Below, piece after piece: positions 33,459 to 39,600 of a DNA stretch of 43,813 nt. Made by a program: the position numbers and the translations under genes. The notes under the pieces were generated by a model, which saw only the letters and a list, made by a program, of their open reading frames with translations, did not search any database and was not told where the DNA came from. This DNA comes from Chromatiales bacterium (GTDB lineage: Bacteria > Pseudomonadota > Gammaproteobacteria > UBA6429 > Thiohalophilaceae). The DNA lies in NCBI GenBank assembly GCA_024641465.1, contig JAHEDB010000001.1:1-43813 (forward strand), in the 5' to 3' direction. The stretch's first letter is position 1; every line of letters starts with the position of its first letter.

Positions 33459-35243
33459 TTACTTATCACCAAAAGAAAAATCGCGCCGCACCTTTGCAAA
33501 CCAAATCGAATCTTCCGTAACAATACCGCCAGTCTCGCTTTGCTTGCGCATAAATCCGGCTTCAGAAAACAATTTACCGAATTGATGGGTGAAACGCACA
33601 TCAAACAGTTTATTATGTTCTTCAACTCCGCTCTGGTTTGTTCTGTTTTCCGTAAGGTATGAGCCACTGCATAAAACATTGCTGCCGAATACCGGGGTGA
33701 CATAGTCAATCCGATTATAGGATGTATGTACTTCGGTATTTTCAGTCTGGGTGAATTCGGTAAATGTGGCGTTTTCCACATGCCCCTTGGTGTATGAAGA
33801 GCCGGCCTGTAGTTTAACTGTCGCCCGCTGTAATACCCTGTGCTCATAATTCAGGTAACTTCTGAATTGCTCGGAGTTGACGGTCATGTCGCTTTCCTGC
33901 TCCAAGGTGGTATAGGATACGTTTCCATTCAGACGTCCGCCCAGGACAGCGCCATCCAGGCGCAGGCCTTTTTCCTGTTGTACCGTCTTGGTTGCGTGGA
34001 TATTGGATTGCCCGTTATAGCCATAATTCACGTCATAATACGGGCTCACCATCAGGCTACCCATCTGTAACCCCAGTTCCGCCCTACCGCCGGTTTGATT
34101 AAAAGAACCATCCTGCTGCTGGGTTTCGTTTGCTGATTCAATCTGCCTTGTAAAACGACCGCCGCTTAACCTGCCCTGTAATTCAAGACTGCCGAACAAC
34201 ACGGCCCTGGTGTAAGCCAGGCCGGATCGTTTGTCCCGACTGTTATAGGCTTCCCCGTTCAGATCGGTGTGCAATTCGTAGCCGCTGGCAAAGGCCGACA
34301 AATGATCGGTCAGGTTATAATCGATATTTACCCGTCCATCGCGGGCTTCGCGCCGGCTGGCTTCGTAATCGTCGAGAAAGTAATTGCCATATACGCCGAT
34401 ATTGACCCTTTTAGTCGGGTTCCACAGCATGGAAACATTATGGCTTCGGCTGTCCTGGTCGGAATATAATGGGTCGAATGTTGCATCCGGATTATCTGAT
34501 TTACGCTGATAGTCGCTGTAAACCACGGAGGTTTGCAGCGTGTCCGATGGCCGGTACACCCAGGAACTGGTCAGGCGATTCGCCTGTGCGGAACGCGCCG
34601 TGTATTTCTCACTGTAATCACTGTTTTCATAGCGCAGGTTGGCTGTCAATCCCTCCCAGCGTTTGAACATGTTGATCCCGCCTGTGCTGCTGTCCTGTTC
34701 ACTCAAAACAGAGACAAGATTACTGCGTGTGGTCTGACCGTAGTAAAACAGGTTAGTTGTCGGTAGTGTGTAAAAATCCAGTTTCAAATCGGCCCCATAT
34801 AATTTTGTATCAATACTTGAGTCAGGACTCGTTTGCATAGTCACATCGGTATCGTTTTCGATTGCATACAAAGTCAGGGGAAAGGGACTATACGGAAATA
34901 ACTTGCCATTGAACCGATATGAAGTCAGGCTTGTCGTGCTCTCGTCTGAATCCCGGACGGTATTGCTCTCCGACAAGGTCCCGCCAAGCCGGTAATCTGC
35001 CAACCACGGTCTGTATAGATAATCGGAATAGTCCAGATTGAGGCGCTGAGTCTGGTTTTTTGTCCTGACATCATTATTGTCTGACGTAGAGGTACGACCT
35101 TGCTGGGCACCAAGTTCAATATCACCACTGACTTCTCCGGCATAAACCGGCCGGTATAAAATGTTACTCAAGGTGACACATACTATACCCAAAAAGAAAA
35201 AGCATACCTGCCGAATCATCCGCAGCCACATACACATTGACAA
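33459..35243 (-). CDS. Predicted outer-membrane beta-barrel protein (~590 aa), family not recognised
   Basis: Signal peptide ending VYA/GE and no Cys in the mature part. The composition is rich in Y/S/T/N/G/D/R with alternating hydrophobic/polar runs (LNLDYSDYLY, LKLDFYTLPTTNLFYYG, VNIDYNLTDHLSAFASGYEL, ...), typical of large porin-like barrels. The start codon is uncertain (TTG at 35243, ATG at 35237, 35231 or 35219). Confidence 0.6.
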   Translation of the reverse strand: MSMCMWLRMIRQVCFFFLGIVCVTLSNILYRPVYAGEVSGDIELGAQQGRTSTSDNNDVRTKNQTQRLNLDYSDYLYRPWLADYRLGGTLSESNTVRDSDESTTSLTSYRFNGKLFPYSPFPLTLYAIENDTDVTMQTSPDSSIDTKLYGADLKLDFYTLPTTNLFYYGQTTRSNLVSVLSEQDSSTGGINMFKRWEGLTANLRYENSDYSEKYTARSAQANRLTSSWVYRPSDTLQTSVVYSDYQRKSDNPDATFDPLYSDQDSRSHNVSMLWNPTKRVNIGVYGNYFLDDYEASRREARDGRVNIDYNLTDHLSAFASGYELHTDLNGEAYNSRDKRSGLAYTRAVLFGSLELQGRLSGGRFTRQIESANETQQQDGSFNQTGGRAELGLQMGSLMVSPYYDVNYGYNGQSNIHATKTVQQEKGLRLDGAVLGGRLNGNVSYTTLEQESDMTVNSEQFRSYLNYEHRVLQRATVKLQAGSSYTKGHVENATFTEFTQTENTEVHTSYNRIDYVTPVFGSNVLCSGSYLTENRTNQSGVEEHNKLFDVRFTHQFGKLFSEAGFMRKQSETGGIVTEDSIWFAKVRRDFSFGDK

Positions 35244-35248
35244 TACGC

Positions 35249-36265
35249 CTACCTCCCAACATATGTCGGGCCAGCACCGATGATGATTTTTGAATTATCC
35301 CGCAAACCCTGTCGCAGGTCGTCAAACCATTGCCGGTATTTCACCGTAAGCACGTCATTTTTGACCTGTTCACGGACCTCATCAAAACTAAAGGCCTGCT
35401 GCGGTACCGATTTGACTTTTTTCAACAATATATATCCATTCAGAGTAAACAACGGTTTTAAAATATCCCCATCGGCCAGCTTGTCTAGCCCTCGAACATC
35501 ATAGCCACGCATACCCTCATGAATGGTCTTCTCGGTTATCTTCAGTCCGGCTTGTTTTTTGTAAGCGTCGAAACTTTTGCTTTTCCTGACCTCTTTGTAT
35601 AGCGAATTGATCCGTTGACGTGCCTTGTCCCATTCCTGCTTGGTGGATGACGGAGGCATCTCAATCATTAACTCAACGGTCTTAATGGTTTTCGGCGAGC
35701 GGTATTTTTCACGGTGCTCGTTAAAATATGCCTCTACATCAACATCCTTCGGCATAGAGGCCTGTTTACCCTGCTCCCATAACTTTGTAATGACGTAGGA
35801 TCGCCTAAGGTCTTCATGTAACCGATTCTTCACCTCCTCATCGGCCAGCGCGAGTTGCATCTGTTTATCTGCGGTATATTTCTCGCGATATTTTGCGTAG
35901 GTAAATTCCACCCATTGTTCATCCCAGCCTATACCGCGATGCAAGGCCTCGCGATAGAACAATTCCTTATCGACGATATTTTCAATCGCCTGTTTACGGA
36001 TCGCCTGCCAGCGCTCCTTCGAGAGATTGTGATATTCAGCCACGGGTGCAAGCCGTTCGACTTCACGTGTCACTTCATCTTCGGCAATCGGCACACCATT
36101 GACAATCACAGTCGACAGGGTCTCGACCATATCGGCCTTTTCTGCCAGGACTGGACTGGACGCCAGACCGGCGAGGGGCAAGCCCCACGCCAGCACTAGC
36201 AACCAGCCGGCGACCAACACCGCCGGCCTGGGTTGAGACCGTTCCGCTACGCTTGCAGTCGTCAT
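35249..36265 (-). CDS. Periplasmic SurA/PpiD-like peptidyl-prolyl cis-trans isomerase (parvulin type)
   Basis: About 338 aa. Signal/anchor ...LVLAWGLPLAGLASSPVLA, a SurA-N-like helical region, and a parvulin-like segment (...PKTIKTVELMIEMP...GYILLKKV...). AGAGGAAGG Shine-Dalgarno. The stop lies 5 nt before the barrel gene. Confidence 0.75.
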   Translation of the reverse strand: MTTASVAERSQPRPAVLVAGWLLVLAWGLPLAGLASSPVLAEKADMVETLSTVIVNGVPIAEDEVTREVERLAPVAEYHNLSKERWQAIRKQAIENIVDKELFYREALHRGIGWDEQWVEFTYAKYREKYTADKQMQLALADEEVKNRLHEDLRRSYVITKLWEQGKQASMPKDVDVEAYFNEHREKYRSPKTIKTVELMIEMPPSSTKQEWDKARQRINSLYKEVRKSKSFDAYKKQAGLKITEKTIHEGMRGYDVRGLDKLADGDILKPLFTLNGYILLKKVKSVPQQAFSFDEVREQVKNDVLTVKYRQWFDDLRQGLRDNSKIIIGAGPTYVGR

Positions 36266-36280
36266 CACACCTTCCTCTTA

Positions 36281-37132
36281 TTACTTGATGTGACAAACCG
36301 TGCAAAGGCTGCTATTGGCCACGGTGGTACGCAGGAATGAGGGGAAAGGCGCACCAGAGGATGTTCCATCAACCGAAGTCCCGTGTGGGTTGTGACAGGA
36401 AGCGCATTGCACCTTGGTGCCATACAGACGCACTTCATTATCTTCCAGTATGCCGTCTCCATCATCAAACCAGTCAAGTCGGGCATTGCCGGTACCGCGC
36501 GTCGCGGCGGGAGCATTAAACTTCGGATCGGTATTACCGATCGTCGGATAGACAATCGATACCGGGTGGTCATCCCGCAGATCGGTTCCCAGCAGGCGCA
36601 CGTTGGGGTTACCGTTTTCATCGGAGGAAGGGAAAGTATTATTTGTACCGCTACGATTAAATACAAATCCGATGCGATTATTATTACCACCCAGGGTCGG
36701 ATCCGATGGATCGATCCAGCCACCCACACCCGGTTTGTTGACCAACAGGTCAAGCGCAACGGTACCATCATGACAGCTCAGGCATGCCAGGGAAACGCCA
36801 TCCGGTGCCGGGGCAACACCACCTACGCCACTGTCCAGTGTCGGGCTCTGATAGGATTGATAAGTGGCGGTGGTCACCCCACGGTTCCATAAGGGGGCAT
36901 CCACATTATCGCGAGATTGCGAACCGTGCGGGGTATGACAAAACACACAAGTCTGGGTGGTGTCGAAACCGGTTCCACCATCACCGGTTATCTTGACATA
37001 ATTCGCACCGGGATTGGTTGAACTCAAGTCATGCCGACTGCCAACCACCGATGCCGCCTGAACACCCCAGCCTGTTAACATACCAGCTGCGACAAAAATA
37101 CCACCTGTTATTTGTAAAATTTTTGTTTTCAT
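36281..37132 (-). CDS. Secreted tetrahaem c-type cytochrome
   Basis: 283 aa from the ATG at 37132 (GGGAGG Shine-Dalgarno), with signal peptide ...GWGVQAAS. Four CXXCH motifs (CVFCH, CLSCH, CASCH, CTVCH) and four additional conserved His (RHDL, TPH, DHP, NPH), consistent with bis-His ligation. Confidence 0.9.
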   Translation of the reverse strand: MKTKILQITGGIFVAAGMLTGWGVQAASVVGSRHDLSSTNPGANYVKITGDGGTGFDTTQTCVFCHTPHGSQSRDNVDAPLWNRGVTTATYQSYQSPTLDSGVGGVAPAPDGVSLACLSCHDGTVALDLLVNKPGVGGWIDPSDPTLGGNNNRIGFVFNRSGTNNTFPSSDENGNPNVRLLGTDLRDDHPVSIVYPTIGNTDPKFNAPAATRGTGNARLDWFDDGDGILEDNEVRLYGTKVQCASCHNPHGTSVDGTSSGAPFPSFLRTTVANSSLCTVCHIK

Positions 37133-37153
37133 AATTACCTCCCGCGGTAACAT

Positions 37154-38251
37154 TTACATTTTTTCTTCTCGTACTTCAGATTGCTGTTGAACGTCTTGCC
37201 GTATGAACTGCCAGACCTGAATACGGCGGTTATATTGGTCGGCGAAGTAGATTCGATCATTGCCATCGATCCACATGCCGGCCGGCAACCAGAACTCTCC
37301 CGCCCCCTTGCCCATGGTGCCGGCAAATAACAACAGTCGTTTGGTCTGGTCAAAAACCTGTACATTATTGAATGCGGAATCGATGACATAGATATGTCCT
37401 TCCGAATCCACCGCGATACCCTTGGGTCGGGCAAACGACCCTAGCCCGGTGCCGGCGGCGCCGAAACCGTCCAGGTATTTACCCTGGTGGTCAAAGATCT
37501 GCACCCGGAAATTGCCGGTATCGACCACATAGACATGGCCAGTAGCATCGCTACAGATATTGGTTGGGAAATTGAAATTACCCTTGTCGGCACCGCGTTT
37601 GCCAAAGTCGAACTGGTGCCGGCCTTTTGCATCAAACACACTGATGGCGTGATGCGGGCTATCCAGTGTACCGGTATTCACCACATAGATATGACCATTA
37701 AGCGGGTTTACCGTGATCCCGGTCGGCCGTGTCAATAGCTTCGGCCCACCCATGGCACGTTGATAGTTGCCCTTACTGTCATAAACGATCACCCGGGACT
37801 GATGGGCATCGGTAACATACACCATGCCTTGCTTGTCAACGGCCACTGCAATCGGCTTGTCAAGCCGACCGGCGCCTTCGCTGCCGAACACCTTAAAAGT
37901 TTTCTCGCCTTGATTAAACACCAGCAGTTTGCCGAGGATGGTATCCGTGACGTACACGGTCTTGTCGAAGGCGGCCACCCCATAGGGTTTGATCAGTGAC
38001 ACATCCTGCGCCATGCCGCCGACCAGTTGTTTGAAGTTATCGAAGGCGCTCTGTGGTTTGACATCCTTGCTGGAACGGATGCTCTCGACATATTTAAGTC
38101 GCGGCTGCTCCGGAGGCAGCGGCCAGACCCAGTGTTCATCCTGTTTTGTAACGGAACCACAGGCGGCAAGCAGGACAATACCACCCAACATCAGGACCAG
38201 TCTGGGTAAAATAGTCGGCTGGATATTCACTTGATATGGCATGTCACGCAT
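37154..38251 (-). CDS. NHL-repeat beta-propeller lipoprotein (paralog 3)
   Basis: 365 aa with lipobox LAAC, the motif VWPLPPEQPRLKY and six blades (VYVTDT, VYVTDA, IYVVNT, VYVVDT, IYVIDS, IYFADQ). Overlaps the upstream cytochrome gene by 16-25 nt. Confidence 0.85.
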   Translation of the reverse strand: MRDMPYQVNIQPTILPRLVLMLGGIVLLAACGSVTKQDEHWVWPLPPEQPRLKYVESIRSSKDVKPQSAFDNFKQLVGGMAQDVSLIKPYGVAAFDKTVYVTDTILGKLLVFNQGEKTFKVFGSEGAGRLDKPIAVAVDKQGMVYVTDAHQSRVIVYDSKGNYQRAMGGPKLLTRPTGITVNPLNGHIYVVNTGTLDSPHHAISVFDAKGRHQFDFGKRGADKGNFNFPTNICSDATGHVYVVDTGNFRVQIFDHQGKYLDGFGAAGTGLGSFARPKGIAVDSEGHIYVIDSAFNNVQVFDQTKRLLLFAGTMGKGAGEFWLPAGMWIDGNDRIYFADQYNRRIQVWQFIRQDVQQQSEVREEKM

Positions 38252-38982
38252 AGCGCACTCCCCTGCAATCCAACACGCAAAAAGGGTTTGGTCTTGGCGT
38301 TATGTACGTCATGACAACTCGCGCACTCGACCCGCCCATTAAACAACTTCACGCCATTGGCGAATTCATCACTACCCGGGCGTGGATTAAACTGCTTGTC
38401 CTGCAACAGCGCCGGATAGGTGATCGATACCGGGTGATCGTCACTCAGGTCGTTACCAAAGGCAGCGATGCCCAGGTCATGGATGCCCTTGATATTCTCA
38501 TTACCCTTGCGATGACACTGGCTGCATTGCGTGTCACCGCCGCCCCTGGCGATATGCATGTGCTTTTTCGGCAAGGCCTGTGTATCGCTGATCGGTGGCC
38601 GTTTCATTACGCGATCCACGGCTAGACTGCCGTCATGGCAGCTCAGACAGGCGAGGGTGATACCGGCGGGTTGAGAGATCGTTGCGTCGAGGGTGGGGCT
38701 TTGATACAGCTTGTATTCGGTTACCGGGTATTCGCGGTTCCACAGCGGGGCCTTGCCCTCTGAGGACTCGCTTACCGGACGGTGTGGTGTATGGCAATAA
38801 ACACAGGTGCTCTGATAATTTTCAAATGCCACACCGACCATGACCCCGGTCCCGGCACGATTGTCCAGACTGGTGAGGTCGTGTTTGCTGCCCAGCATCG
38901 ACATTGCCGAGCCGGTTTCTGTTACAGCAGCCAGTCCTGTCATCAAGACAAAGCCCAGCGCTGTTGACCTGTTACACCACAT
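38227..38982 (-). CDS. Secreted pentahaem c-type cytochrome
   Basis: Five CXXCH motifs (CVYCH, CLSCH, CSQCH, CASCH, CVTCH). The ATG at 38982 gives a plausible signal peptide, MWCNRSTALGFVLMTGLAAV.... The ORF-track start at 39018 is TTG. Confidence 0.88.
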   Translation of the reverse strand: MWCNRSTALGFVLMTGLAAVTETGSAMSMLGSKHDLTSLDNRAGTGVMVGVAFENYQSTCVYCHTPHRPVSESSEGKAPLWNREYPVTEYKLYQSPTLDATISQPAGITLACLSCHDGSLAVDRVMKRPPISDTQALPKKHMHIARGGGDTQCSQCHRKGNENIKGIHDLGIAAFGNDLSDDHPVSITYPALLQDKQFNPRPGSDEFANGVKLFNGRVECASCHDVHNAKTKPFLRVGLQGSALCVTCHIK

Positions 38983-39095
38983 GCTATATCCATCACACCC
39001 GTAAAAAAAAATAATCAAGCCAAAAAATCATTTTTCCCTGTTTTTTTACTGTTCCGTGGGGACGGAAGGATAATCAATATTAGACATCGCTGTTA

Positions 39096-39109
39096 TTGAT
39101 CTGGATCAA
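39096..39109. promoter_or_regulatory. FNR/CRP-family box 1: TTGATctggATCAA (perfect FNR consensus)
   Basis: Read directly from the sequence, in the divergent intergenic region, 87-123 bp upstream of the pentahaem gene start depending on the start choice. Confidence 0.7.
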
Positions 39110-39153
39110 GGTAAAATTGCATTACATTATTTAATTTCCGGATATAAATTTTC

Positions 39154-39167
39154 TTGATCTAGATCAA
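39154..39167. promoter_or_regulatory. FNR/CRP-family box 2: TTGATctagATCAA (perfect FNR consensus, core of the 18-bp palindrome TCTTGATCTAGATCAAGA)
   Basis: Read directly from the sequence, 58 bp centre-to-centre from box 1 and 67-82 bp upstream of the monohaem cytochrome start. Confidence 0.7.
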
Positions 39168-39248
39168 GAAATTGCTGGGGTTTCTGTAATCAAATCCCCC
39201 GCCCGTTCGGAACGGGAAAAATAACAATTTCAAATGAGGAATAAAAAT

Positions 39249-39560
39249 ATGGTATACCGCAGTAAAGTAATTCTGATAACCCTTGCCCTGGCAACATCAC
39301 CTGCCGTTGTTTTTGCAGCTAACACCCATAACGGTAACAGCCTCTTTCAGGAAAAATGCGCTGTTTGTCATGGTAAGGACGGCCATGCCGTATTGCCTGG
39401 CGCACCCAACTTTGCCAAGGGTGAGCGTATGGAAAAGCCTGATAGCACGCTCAAGGCCACGATTACCAATGGGCTGAACGTCATGCCCCCCTTCAAGGGC
39501 GCCCTGTCAGATGCCCAGATGGGTGATCTGCTGGCCTTCATCCGCACACTCAGAAAATAG
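39249..39560 (+). CDS. Periplasmic monohaem class I cytochrome c (c551/c552-like)
   Basis: Signal peptide MVYRSKVILITLALATSPAVVFA, one CAVCH motif and a distal Met in NVMPPF. The ATG at 39249 has a GAGGA Shine-Dalgarno 8 nt upstream; an alternative ATG lies at 39234. Confidence 0.88.
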   Translation: MVYRSKVILITLALATSPAVVFAANTHNGNSLFQEKCAVCHGKDGHAVLPGAPNFAKGERMEKPDSTLKATITNGLNVMPPFKGALSDAQMGDLLAFIRTLRK

Positions 39561-39568
39561 ATCACTTC

Positions 39569-39600
39569 GGGTCCATGCTGGATATGGACCCGTTTTCTTT
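39569..39600 (+). terminator. Terminator/attenuator-like hairpin between the monohaem and undecahaem cytochrome genes
   Basis: 8-bp stem gggtccat/atggaccc with a 7-nt loop, then GTTTTCTTTC. It starts 9 nt after the cytochrome c stop and covers the first two in-frame ATGs of the next ORF. Confidence 0.4.

Noticed and set aside
33386-33847. 153-aa minus-strand ORF overlapping the 3' end of the barrel gene
   Set aside because: It is out of frame with the much longer, compositionally coherent 594-aa ORF, and its sequence is an odd mixture with no signal logic.
36265-36771. 168-aa alternative-frame ORF inside the tetrahaem cytochrome gene
   Set aside because: The overlapping frame carries four CXXCH motifs, a signal peptide and a strong Shine-Dalgarno. 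The alternative frame has none of these.
39202-39216. Hairpin cccgttcGgaacggg considered as a terminator
   Set aside because: It is followed by an A-run on the plus strand and has no U-tract on either strand after the stem. It sits upstream of a gene start, so a 5'-UTR or operator element is more likely. It is discussed under the FNR finding.
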